Shown piece after piece: positions 49,780-61,659 of a stretch of DNA of 64,000 nucleotides (its first letter is position 1; the number at the start of each line of letters is the position of its first letter). The notes below the pieces were generated by a model. The model saw only the letters and a list, made by a program, of their open reading frames with translations, was not told the DNA's origin and did no database searches. Made by a program: the position numbers and the translations under genes. Source of the DNA: Takakia lepidozioides (lineage: Eukaryota; Plantae; Bryophyta); assembly GCA_030704615.1 (NCBI GenBank), contig CM060732.1, positions 48,980,001 to 49,044,000 on the forward strand. Reading direction: 5' to 3'.

Positions 49780-52700
49780 TATCTGGAGCAGTAGTGTGGT
49801 CCTGAAAGGTCCTTGGAGCAGTTGTCAGAGCCATTTCAATCCATGTTTTATTCTTTCTGTTCTACTTGCATCTTACTCACTGAGCGCTTTTGTGGGTTGG
49901 GATTCATCTCCTTTTTTCAGGTACACGAAATATGTGCTTATGGAAGGAAATCACCTGAGCGGAATTCCCAGACTATCTTGACATGTGGTCGGACCCTGCA
50001 AACGATCCAACCATGTATACTGCAGGGATATTGAAGGACTGGAGTCCTTCTCACTTCAGAGACTGTGGGTGGTACCTTGACTGCCCACCTGAGCACACGA
50101 CCTTTCAAGAACAGCATATGAAATACTTGAACAATAACGCTGAGATGCTGGCGCCTTTGACTGACGAAGAGTATCAACGAAACATAGCAACCTTGGCTGC
50201 CAAGGAGCCTGATGCTCAGGGAACGCCGCAGAAGGGAAAGAAGGCGGGCCGCAAACCAAAAGACAAGGCTGTTGATGTCATAGCCATCTCACCAGCAAAG
50301 CCAAAGGACAAAGACAAGTCCAAAGAGAAGGAAAAGGACAAGGGGAAGGAGAATGAAAAGGAGATGGAGAGTGGGCAGGACTTTACTGCTGGAAGATATA
50401 CCCGCACTCTTCAGTGCGTGTTCGATGCCAAGCCACACCCTTCCCGTTCTGATTCAGCAGGAGAGATGAAAATTGTTAATGAGGGTTGGCTTTCGATGAT
50501 GCAGAGTCGAAAGAGAGGATACACTGGGGTGCCATCCCTACCTGGGACAATATAATCTCATTCCTCAATCTGGTGAGAATTCCATTTCTTTCCTTTTTCT
50601 CTGAATGTTTCGTTGGCAGTATTTCAGTCTCGTTCTTTGAAAACATTCTTGCCATCGTTCTTATAAAAAACATGTCTGTTGCAGGTGAGCACAGGTCCCA
50701 CCTTCGTGTGCGGTGTGCAGAAAACTTATGCGGCCGACATTGTCATTCTCGACATCCCGGATGGCCAGGCTGTGCCAGAAGTTCTTCCAAAGGGCAAGAC
50801 GCCAGGGTGGAACAAATTCGAGGACAACTACTGGAGTTGGGTATTCGGGTTCTGTAACAATTTCCTCTCTGATGCAGGGACACTTCTGCTTTTTCAGTCA
50901 TGTGACAATGATAGTCGTCGGGCATTGGCATCATACCTCAAGTCTTCAGGGTTTGAAGTTTTGCGCACATGGAATTGTGTGAACAGCCTCTACCTTGTGA
51001 AAGGCGGTTTCCCTGGTCAGCTGGTATGCCGTCTGCCTTCTGCTTATGCTTTGATCATGAGTTTCAATTTTCTCTGCAGCTCCACTCTAGTAGAATGTTT
51101 TATGATCGACACCGATCATCAACGATTCATGGTTTTTTGGTGTCAGAGTTCTGAATAGCCGATGTACACACTTCCACTTTAGATTGTGTTTACCACACTA
51201 ACCTGCTATCTTTGGCAGACGAGGATGTTCGAGGCGATCTGCCTGCGGAGGATTCGCACATCAAAGACACCATCCTCCATCCGCAGCTTTGAGATTTCTG
51301 ACCAGGGTTGTTTCGTCAACCCCCCCTATGAGCCCCATGTCGATGACATTTTGTACAACTTCACGCAGTCCAGTCAGACTCTGAAGAGACCAGATGGCAC
51401 TCCCTGGAGAGGTGCAAAGGAAAAGTCACCAGCATTCATGCAAATACTGCTGGAGTCATGCAGCCACCGCTCTGCACGGGTTGTCGATCTTTCTGTGTCC
51501 ACAGGTTCGTTTTCTCCCTTCCGAATTGGTTTCCTTTCAACAGTTTCATCTGCTTAAATCCCCTCCTCCAAACTGTTTATGTTCTCCTGTCTGGTGCAGG
51601 AGCAACTTACCACGCATGCAAGGCAGGCGGAAGAAGCCTTTTTGGTATGGAGGGTGATTCTGACCTCTACAACACAGTGCTCCTCCCCCTTTTGTCTGGC
51701 TCCACTTCAGGCACACAGACTGATCGGATTCATATTCGAAATGATGACGATCCCGAAGATAAGCAGGTCGACAACGACTTTTCATGTGAGTAAGTGCTAA
51801 ACCCTCTTTGGGAGTCATACTCAATTTCTCGATAACATCAAAGTTACAGTAATAACTTTTTCAGGCTGTCTTTCAGGAAAGCCAGCGGTGGATCTTCAGG
51901 AGATACAGTCATTTCTGGCGAGTCTGTTTTCGACAGCCCCCTTTCCAATTTTCTGCTCCCTGTTTATGCCGAAGCAATGGCACTTCACGCGTCCGAGTCC
52001 CTATCCCCTGACTTTTTAGTGGCCAGCCGTAGGTGTATTCCGCGTGGATCCGGTGTTCTAAAATACTTAGACTTAGATGCAGAGGAAGAGGGGATACATT
52101 GTACTGACTCTGAGTCAGACTGAACTGTATTCTTTTAATATTCATTTTCATATTATCTGGAAACGTTGAATCCCCTTACTCTACCGTAGTTGTTCCTTTA
52201 GAACAAATAATAATCACAGAATCAACTTTCGTTTAAATTGCTATATGTATGAATCCATCTCACAAACCTTCCTGACTCTTCTCATATCCATTGTGCATTC
52301 ATCTACACTGTATTCATGCGTGCTCCATTCATGAAAGCTTCCTTTGTACAACATCCATTGTACATTCATCCTCTGTACTCTTTAATCCACCCCACAAACC
52401 TTCCACACTCATTTCATATACTTTGTGCATTCGTCAAAAGATTTGGTCATGCATCTTCCTGTCATGAATTTTTGTCATTGCTCAACATCCATTATACATT
52501 CATCCATTTTACTCTTATCCATCCGTCATTCATCCATCTACATAGATTTTTCAAACTCATCCATCTGTTTATCATCCAACTGTACATTCATCCATCATTT
52601 ATTCAATGCCTTTTATTATGTCGTCCAGCTTGTTTCCGCGGTAAAGGGTGCCAATCCGCGGGAATACACTCCACTTCTTTCTGGGTGCGTGGTGACTTGG

Positions 52701-53339
52701 CCTCCACGTGTGATGACGTGGACTGAGACCCGTGACGTGGCATTTGCGCAAGGTGACGTGGCGTGAGCGCAGTCGCGCTCACGCGCTCACGCGCTCACGT
52801 GACCAGGCTCACGCCGAGGCATCCCTGCATAGCGATGTGTGTTAGTGAGGATGCAGCAGGTGAGTGGCAGGTCTTCACAGTTGCTATCCATGTCAGTGTT
52901 GAATTCTAAAGCATGTACAGATCACAATTCAAGCAAGGGTAAACTCAAAAAACCTTGAGTGTTTGTGGTATGCCCTGCGCCATCATCCATGGCCTCCAAC
53001 AGATCGTCTCCAACAGAACGCAATCAAAGTAGAAGAGTTCACAGATAGAGAATAGCTCATACAAAAAGAGAGCAACATGTAATCTGTAGATAAATAGGGA
53101 TAGAGTACTTCCCAACAAGGAGTAAAAGCGCCGCTGCAAAATAAAGAACCATGAGTTTCTGAGCAAAGCGATCATCGCTTTGTCGTCTGTTAGAGAGGAA
53201 TCTGCCTAACCGCCAATGCGCATCCCAAGAGCCAGTCATCACGAGTACCATGTAGCAGCAGGGGAGCAGATTTACACGGCGCATCATCAAGGTTCACTGA
53301 AGCACGAGTTCAGTGCTGTGAAATGTGTCGGCCTGCTTA

Positions 53340-54549
53340 GGGCACAACTTCCCGATTTCTCATCCAGGGTGGATGAAAATCACATTTTATCAAGAGAAGC
53401 ACTTTGTCAATGGATGACATCCAATAAAAAGGTATCTTGTAGGGTTATGGTATAGGCTTAGGTTTAATAACTGCCATCATTTATGATGGTAGTTTTATTA
53501 TCTCTTGGATTTTAAAATAGGTAACCATATTCATGTAGTTCATCCAGTTTAGATGAAAGAAATAGATGGTAAACCAAGCTTTCTGTACATTAAGTTTCAT
53601 CATCCTATAATAATATCATCCAGATTTGGATGAAAAAGGTTGGGATGAAAAACTAAATAACCTCAAAAGGTTAAGGCCAGATGAAATCCAAAGAGTTATA
53701 GAGGGAGAGGGAGAGAGGCAGAGAGAGGGGCAGAGAGAGGGAGTGAGAGGGAGTGAGAGGGAGAGATCAAGAAACAAAAAAAAAAAAAAAAAAAAAAAGG
53801 GTGGGGGGGGGGGGAGTGACTGAGCAGCTGCTACTCAGTCACTGCCCCCACTTTTTTTTTTCCCTTTGTTGCCCCCTCTCTCTCTCTCTCTCCCTCCATC
53901 CTTGGAATTGGCCGGTTTTATCAGTGTTAATTTCCTGTGTTTTCATCCATACCGGATGGACTCTGGCAGTTTTTTCACCCATCCTATAATGATTTTCATC
54001 CATACCAGATGAACTACCAGGGTGGACACTGAATTACCTCTAAGATGAGTCTCTGATTTTTCATTCCTCTTTTATTGACTTTCATCCACATCGGATGAGT
54101 CACCAGAGAATGAAGAATTATCTCTGTGGGGGTTGCCCCTGGCATCCTATTTTTCCATCCATACCGGATGAAAAATGCCAGGATATTAATTTTTTCATTC
54201 CTCTTTTATTGTTTTTTCATGCGTACCGGATGAGGCATTTTTGGGATGTGGAATTACCCGTGAGGATGTTAAACCGATGCCTTGGATGTTATTTCCTGTT
54301 TTTTCATCCTACTGCTGGATTTTTTCCAATGGATGAACTCAATAATTTTTTTTCATCTGAACCGGACGAAGTGTACAGCTTTTGATGGCCCTGGACTGAT
54401 ATTGATTACCCCTAATTATGGTTAGTTAAGGTGTGAAACCCTAACCCCTACCCTAAAACCTACCGTTTAACCTAGCTACGGATAAAATCCGTCGGGTTTT
54501 AAAGGATATGGTGTTCATCGTGCACGGATGAAAACTCGGGCAAGAGCCC
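53340..54549. mobile_element. Non-autonomous TIR element, possibly PIF/Harbinger-like
   Basis: GGGC...GCCC termini flanked by TTA/TAG. Imperfect TIRs with CCCGA..T.TCATCC, many internal CATCC/GGATG motifs, no coding capacity. Confidence 0.5.
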
Positions 54550-55559
54550 TAGGATGTCTCTCCCGCCGTCAGAAGCACGAGCAGTGCTTCTGAGCTCGCG
54601 GGAAGAGCGTTATGGCGTATGCGTTTTGTTGCTACCCTGTTTGCTGCATCGTACCCGTGTTGGGCGATCTCCTGGGGATGCGCAATGGCGGCACTTTGTT
54701 TTTTCTTACAAGCGGGAGACAATGCTGTGAATGCATCGTCTCTTTCCCTCCTCTGGCTTTTAATTTTTGCAGCGGCGCTTGTGTGGGGAAGTATCTCTCT
54801 CTCATTTCTTAAACCTAGCAAGTGTGCTTGTATGCTTCACATCTCATTTGCTTTGCTGGAGGTGGCTTGCTGGTGGTGATGGCGCACGGTTCTTTTCCCC
54901 AATCGCTTAAGGTGCTTTTGGTGATTAGGGTTCCTTTTGTTTTATGTCTTTCTCTCTTGCTTTTGAGGTTCTTAGTTGACATCGATGACAAGTGTAGGGG
55001 TCTGTGATTCACCTGGGGTTCCACAATCCTCACTAACCTGTTGGTTTTTGTGGGGGCTTGTGATGGGACCAGGTGAGGATCCCGACTTGCTTTGAATTCT
55101 CTTGAGCTTGCAGATATGGAACATATTGTGTATGGCGTCTTGACCTGGCTGCTGTCTGCAGCCCCGATTTCGGCCCACTTGCTCCTGGTTTGGCATGCCG
55201 ATGCTTACTTTTGACTTATGTTTTGCTGCCTTTGATGGAGCATTTCGGCATGACAGACCTGTCTCTTGAAGCCCAGCATCTGGACCTTACCTTGTCTTGT
55301 AATCTTTGACAGCAGTGCCTGTGGATTATTAAGCTAGGTAATGTTTTGGCCTTAAAGAGGAGGTGAGTTTTATGGGTAAGGCCTCAGTGGCTGTCAGGCT
55401 CTAAGGAAGAGGAGGCCCTGATTTTTAAGATGGCAGCCTAACAAGGCACTGACAGACTTCTTTCATACCTGAATCTGGTGTGGAATTGAGCATAGTGAGG
55501 TTTATTTGCAAACCCTGGCATAAGCCTCCTGGAAAACAGTGTTGGTAAGTTCTACTTGA

Positions 55560-55804
55560 CCTTTGCCAAAGATTATTAGCCTTGTCTTACCATCAGGCCA
55601 GTTATCTGCAATGTATGGATTATTTTTTGGCCAAGAGGGCTTGGTCCCGGGCACTCAAGATGTTTGTGTGTATATGTCTTGAATCTGTAATATGGCAGGC
55701 CGTTCTTCCATTCCCAAGATGCCTTGCATGATGCATGTCTTGGGGCAATTTTGAATGGTATAGAACGAGACTGCAATCTGTCTTGTCATGGCCAAGAGGG
55801 TTAT
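55560..55804 (+). repeat. Degenerate ~190-bp tandem repeat, continuing at ~62385-62900 after the LTR element
   Basis: Recurring TCTTGAATCTGTARTATGGCAGG...CCCAAG...TTGCATGATG.ATGTCTTGGGG near 55677, 62450, 62642 and 62776. Confidence 0.75.
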
Positions 55805-56528
55805 TGTCGCGCACCTCACTTCGGTAAGCTCCCCTTCAAGTCATAGTTACTCGCTTTGATGCGTGCGCCTAACTCCTAACCTGGCCGCCGGACCAACTCG
55901 GAGCTTCGGCTGCTCACCGGGACATAACGGTCCCCCTTTTCTCCCTCAACAGACCCTCCACCAATTTGGGCCTAGTGGAAATTCCCTTGGTAGCTGGCAG
56001 TCCGGAATAGCTCCCCACTTCTTGGTCGCTTTCCGGCTCGCTCGCTTACTCACTAGTTTTTTGTCACCAACGGGCTTGCACCGTTCTTGGGGTTACTACT
56101 CCCTATATATACTTCTATGACTGTCCGCGGGGGTTTCACAAACAACCATGCCATTTTATGGCGAACCACCACGAAGACCCTCGATTCCCGGTGATGAGTC
56201 GCGGTGAGTCTTGGCCCACCCACCACAGCCCCATTGGACCGTGGTGAGTCCCAAGACTCCCCACGACTCCCACCACAAGGTCTCCGCCCCATGGTGAGTC
56301 CTATGCCACCCCCACTAAGTCCCACTAAGCTACCACCACCCCTTGTGGAGCCACCCCCACCGCAACCCGGTGTGCGGGGCTCCACTTAGTGAGCGCCTCC
56401 GCCTCCTTGAGTGCCTTGGGCACTCAAGGGTGCTTCAACCCCCCGTACCTATTGCTGCCACCGCCCCCACCACAGGGGCAGCCCCTCTGCGTCCCGACCC
56501 CCTGCCCTCAAGGCAAAGGGCCGCGACA
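55805..56528 (-). repeat. 3' LTR
   Basis: Direct repeat of 61660-62379 with scattered substitutions. Confidence 0.95.
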
Positions 56529-57422
56529 CACACCCCTACCAACAGGGAGTCGATGTCCTCATCGACTTGTCCATTTTGTAGACTCGAACATCCAAGTTGT
56601 GGCGTCCCATATCAAAGAGTTTGTTTCCGCACCATGGCAAAGAACCAAACCCCACACTTGACTCTACTCTCCACTAGCTAGTTCGGTCGACTTCTTCCAA
56701 GTCCCAGCCAAGGGTGGAGCCTCTCAAGCTCCACCGAGTGCACTCTTGTTGGCCTACTTCAAGGCCAAAGAACGATCATCCCCGAGGATCGAATTGCCTT
56801 ACTGCAACAACATTGCTTGCGACCGCTCATGATGCCGTTTTTGGCATCACCTTGAGCAAGGGTTCACCTTGAACCCTTTTTGACTAAGAAGATAACCTTG
56901 ATCTAACCATGCACCCCAATCACTACAATTGGGTCCGCCTTGGAATGCTTGCCTGAGGTACGGGAACACGCCGAAGCCGCACTACGACTTCGTCCCGAGG
57001 CTACAGGATTATAGTACGTGAACGGAAGCACGTAGCTTCCGCGTTAGCCCGCACTACAAGGCAACCCCCTCGGTAGCGCAGTTATAGTACGCGCACGCGC
57101 CAGGTGCGCACTAGCACGTGAACTCCCAAGGAAGGCACAAGTTTCCTTGCCCCTTGGATGGGAGTCACCCGATTTTGGCACTACGCAAACACACGATTAA
57201 TCCAATTTACCTCTCCCACTTTTGTAAGCTAGCATGCATTCTACACACTAGCCAACCATACCATGCATCACCATTCCAACAAAATAGGACGCACCACATT
57301 TGGAAACCATTTCATTTATAACAAAATTTGTACAATACAAGTTTTTGCAATCGGATTTCTGAGCTAGCTAAGCTGGGCTAAGCATGCATTTCCTCCCCCA
57401 CGATCCAAGGTTGATGTCCCCA

Positions 57423-60400
57423 TCAACGTTTATTCTTCTTTTGAGGTCGCCCTTCGAAAGCTGCAACCGCCTCGGATGCGTTTCCCATTTCTGAGGCACG
57501 CATCCAAGATGCCTCCACATGATGATAGCCCTTCCATTTCACGAGATACTCCGTTTCTCGATTCTTGAACCTCCTCGACTTAAGCATTGCCTCCACCTCG
57601 TACTCAGGTTCATTTTCATGATCCAACAGCACAGGTGGCGGACGCAACACTTGATGCCAATTCGTACGCGCTTCATCTTTGAAGTAAGGTGCACCTTGCT
57701 GTTTGCCGACAGCTCCAATTCATACACGTCCTCATTCATAACCTTCCGGATGCGAAAGGGTCCCGCATATGGAGGTACGAACTTCGGACTCACTTCCGGA
57801 GGTAGTCAAAAATTCTTGATGTTCAACCAGACCTCCATGCCTGCCTCAAACTTAACTTCCCTCCGCTTCCGATTCGCCTGCCATTCAAACCGTTTCCTAG
57901 CTTTGGCAATGTTGTACTTTGCGAGCTTCAACAAACGCTCGCGTTCTTCCAATACCGCCGCTGCTGCCGGTTCCTCAACGTCCTGGGCGGCCCAACTTGT
58001 CAACACCAGAGGTGCTTTTCCATAGACCAATATGAAAGGGGAAACTCCCGTTGCGGAGTGTTTTGTGTTATTATAACATAATTCTGCCGCGTCCAAGTGC
58101 TCCACCTAGTCTGATTGGTCTGCCGACACGTAATTCCCCAAGATCTGCTTCACCACGGAATTCACTCTTTTCGTTTGGCCGTCCGTTGTAGGTCAGAAGG
58201 CGGTGCTCATCTTGAGCCTCGTCCCCATCTTTTTCCCAAGCGCCCTCCAAAATTTACTCGTGAACTTTGGATTGCGGTCCGAGACAATATCCTTCGGGAG
58301 TCCATGATGCTTGAAGACGTGGGCGAAGTAAAGTCGCCCCGTCTCCTGCGCTGTTGTCGTCTCCTTGGTGGGGATGAAATGACCCATTTTACTGAACCTA
58401 TCCACCACCACCATGATCGCATCGAATCCTTTTGACAGCGGCATAGCAGTTATGAAATCCATCGAGACACTTTCCCAAGACCCCTCTGGAATCGGCAAGG
58501 GTTGTAACAGCCCCGCTTGCTTTTTGTACTCGCTCCGGTTTTGTTGGCATGTGGTGCATGTCTTGACATACTCCTCGGCCTCCTCCCTCAGTTTGGGCCA
58601 GAAATACTCTTTCTTCTAGAGTGTCGTGGTGCGCTTGGCTCCGTCGTGGCCCGCAAGCGGACCATCATTCTCTCAAGAGACCATCTCTGATCCCTCCCTT
58701 CGGCACGTAGAGACGGTTTTGCTTATACCGGAGCAGTCCATTTTGCAAGTGAAATTGCGATTTAACCCCCATCCTCAAGTCCCGCATCACGGACTTCGCC
58801 ATCTCATCCTTCCGGTAAGCCTTCCGGATCTTCCTTTGGAGCGCCGTCTCGCCCTTGTACACCAACATGAGCTGCTGCATTCTGCTTAAAGCATCGGCCA
58901 CCACATTGTCCCGTCCCGGTTTGTACTAGATATCCACGTCGAACACCGCCAAAGTATCTTGCCACCTAAGTTGTTTTGGGGACAACTTAGGCTGCGTGGC
59001 AAAATATTTCACCGTGGCATTGTCCGTGAACCAACATAGTGGCGCCAAAGCTCAAGGCAATGCACCACCGCCTTCATTTCCTTCTCATGCGTAGGCCACC
59101 GTCGCTCCACTTCATTCAGTTTCGTACTTTCGTAAGCCACTGAACGTCCATCCTACATGAGTACACCCCCTATTGGGAAGTCCGACGCATCCGTATAAAT
59201 CTCAAATGGACGGTCGAACACCGGGATTTTGAGGACTGGAGCTTTCGCCATCCGCTGCTTCAACTCGGCGAAAGCTTGGCCACAAAAGGTGTTCCATACC
59301 CAGACTTTGGATTTACGCAGAAGGTCTGACAGCGGCCTCGTGATCTTGGCGAAATTTCTTACATACTTCCGGTAATAGGAGGCGAGTCCTAGGAAGGATC
59401 GTACTCCCGGGACCGAAGTCGGAGGTTCCCAGTCCAAGATCGCCCTCAGCTTTCTGTCATCCATTTTGATCCCATCCTGTGTAATCACATGCCCTAGGAA
59501 CTTCACTTTTGTGACCCCGAATTCGCACTTTGAAGCTTTGGCATACAGCTTTCCTTCCCGCAATTTTTGGAACACCCTCCTTGGCAAATGGTACCGATTT
59601 TTGATAGTCACCTTATTCAGAGCCCTGTAATCGACACACATCCGCAGCGTCCCATCCTTCTTGTCTGCAAATAGCACCGAGGCTCCGTAAGGTGACTTAC
59701 TCGGCTGGATGTACCCCTTTGACATTAGATTTTTGAGCTGAGTCTTCAGCTCGACCAACTCTCTGTGGCTCAACCGGTAGGGCGCCTTGGCAGGCGGCTC
59801 CAATCCTGGTATCACCTCAATCTTGTGGTAAACTCCCCTTCGCACTGGCAAGCCGCTTGGTAAATCCTCCGGCATCACATCCTGGTATTTCTCCAAGATC
59901 CCTTTGATCCAATCTGGGCTCAGCTCCCTATCGCCTTCTCCCTTCACTTGTCTTACGTAAAGCAAAAACTGGGGCTCGTGTGACTCCTCCACGACCCACT
60001 CCCTTGCTGACAGAAGGTTTATTCGCCCTCCCACGGGGTTGGGCGTTTCCGACACTCGTAAAACTTCGCCACCATTCCCACGGTAGCGTGACTACTCTCT
60101 TGCGGCCATCTATGACCGCTCCGGATTTGCTCAAAAAGGTCATCCCAAAAATGAGATCCACTCCATCGATCTCGCAAATGGTGAAGTTCTCACGTCCCTC
60201 CCAACTCCCCAGTTGGAGAGGAACATCGAACGCCAACCTGGTCGCCATGGTTCCATATGGGGGCCATATCACTTGTCGAGAGTCCCAGCTTCCGTGCCGT
60301 TGCCGGTGTCATGAAGGAGTGCGACGCTCCTGTGTCCACCAACAACGACACGTTAGTTCCGGAGATTATCCCACTCACAAACATTAACTGACTCCCTTTA

Positions 60401-61606
60401 CACAAGGCGCCAGTTTCCTGATACAACTCACAAGAGTAGTTGCCTACCTTGCAAGTCTTGGCGACCACCGCCTCCACCAAGCGGCTGATGGAATCTTCCG
60501 AAAACTCCGTGGTTGCCCGAGTCATGTTCAATTCTCGGGGTTTTGTGCACTTCTTGGCCATGTGCCCGGGCTCCCCGCAATTGAAGCACACTCCATCGAA
60601 GGTCGCCTTTTGTCCGCCATAAGGCGTCGCACCTGATTTTCCTTTCGAAGCACCGGGTGTCGTCTTGGCGTGTGAAGGCCCTCCCTTCGATTTCCACGTG
60701 CCACTGTCGCCGTGTGGCCTATCCCACTTCTTTTCCAGTCGAAAGGAGTCACCCTCCCGCCGGGTCTTCTTGTGGTTCAGCTCCGTACGGCCTTGTCTTT
60801 CGCCCCTAGGGACATCCAAGAAACATTCAACCCTCTCAATTGCCTCGTTCAAAGTCTTAGGTGGCTTCTCCTCCAACTTCCGCCTGGCCCATGGGGCCAG
60901 TCCCACCACAAAGTTGAAGACCATTTCTGGTTCTGCCATGTCCGCGACTTCGAGCAACAGCACATTGAAAGCCTGAACATATCCCCGAATGTCATCCGTT
61001 TGCTTCAAATTCCTCATCTTGTCCCGGGCGAGCCAGGATGCGTTGAGGGGCACAAACTGTCTCTTGATAAGTTCCTCAAACTCCAATTCAAGGTTTCCGG
61101 GTTTGAACCTCGGTCGTGAAGGCGTTTCTGCCACCATTGTTGAGCATAGCCCCTCAAATAGGTGGGAGCCACTTCCACCCGATCTTCGTCACTCAACTTG
61201 GCTGCCCAGAAATACTGCTCTAGCTCCAAGAGCCAGGTGTTGAGTGTCTTCCGATTTTGGACGCACTCGAAGGTGCCGGGTTCCTTAGGCTTCACCTTAA
61301 ACTTTGCCTTAGTGGAAGTGGCATTAGCCGCCTTCAACACGTCTTTCAACGTCCCGCCAAACTGCGCCAATAACCCTTCCCAAAAGGCTGCTGGCATGGG
61401 AGGCATCTGTTGGTCTGTCGGAGCCCTCAAGGATTCCTCGGGCTCCGACTCCTCAGATTCCTCCTGTTCTTGAGAGGCCTCGTTTTCAAAAGCATGCATC
61501 GCTTCCTCAAATGGCGGCTTCGGTGACACGTCGCCCCAATCGGGCTCACCAGGATCATCATCTTTTGGGCCATTTCGCTTTCGCTTTGGCTTGCCCGACC
61601 CCATGA
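57423..61606 (-). pseudogene. gag-pol polyprotein of the chromovirus (frameshifts, stops, RT core deleted)
   Basis: CFNCGEPGHMAKKC knuckle; LLVDTGASHSF protease; LRMCVDYRALN RT; YTDASD RNase H; VSMDFIT/VVVDRFSK/VSDRN integrase; EYEVE...YLVKWKGY...SW chromodomain. Confidence 0.93.
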
Positions 61607-61659
61607 TGAGGCCGATCCCAAGGACAATCGCGTACTGAACTCTAACCTCTGATACCAAG

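Larger units (their letters stand above)
46487..51793 (+). pseudogene. Multi-exon ParB/Srx-like + beta-class DNA methyltransferase-like fusion gene, with at least three single-base frameshifts
   Basis: YVWDGNHRLLAW at 47701-47736 (missed by the ORF track); ADIVILDIPDG at ~50751; EKSPAFMQILLESCSHRSARVVDLSVSTG|ATYHACKAGGRSLFGMEGD at ~51420-51660. Exon-by-exon similarity to 1846-7831. Frameshifts near 47568, 47699 and 49968. Confidence 0.8.
41475..52827. mobile_element. Complete Mutator-like DNA transposon (element B), 11353 bp
   Basis: Exact 9-bp TSD CATAGCGAT at 41466-41474 and 52828-52836. Imperfect TIRs CAACGACGCAATGGCGTGAGC / rc CAGGGATGCCTCGGCGTGAGC are followed by CGTGAGCG repeats. A MULE transposase is inside. 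Confidence 0.95.

Noticed and set aside
51310-51335. NPPY tetrapeptide as the catalytic motif of the element B methyltransferase
   Set aside because: The aligned position in element A reads DAAV, and it falls in the variable region between motif IV and motif I. It is probably coincidental; a structure model would settle this.
56053-56681. Proline/glycine-rich ORFs duplicated at 61904-62454
   Set aside because: They lie inside the two LTRs; the duplication is explained by the LTRs.
56529-57420. Possible ribozyme or structured RNA in the long 3' region of the chromovirus
   Set aside because: No hammerhead core (CTGANGA...GAAA with stems) was recognised by eye; an Infernal/Rfam search would be needed.
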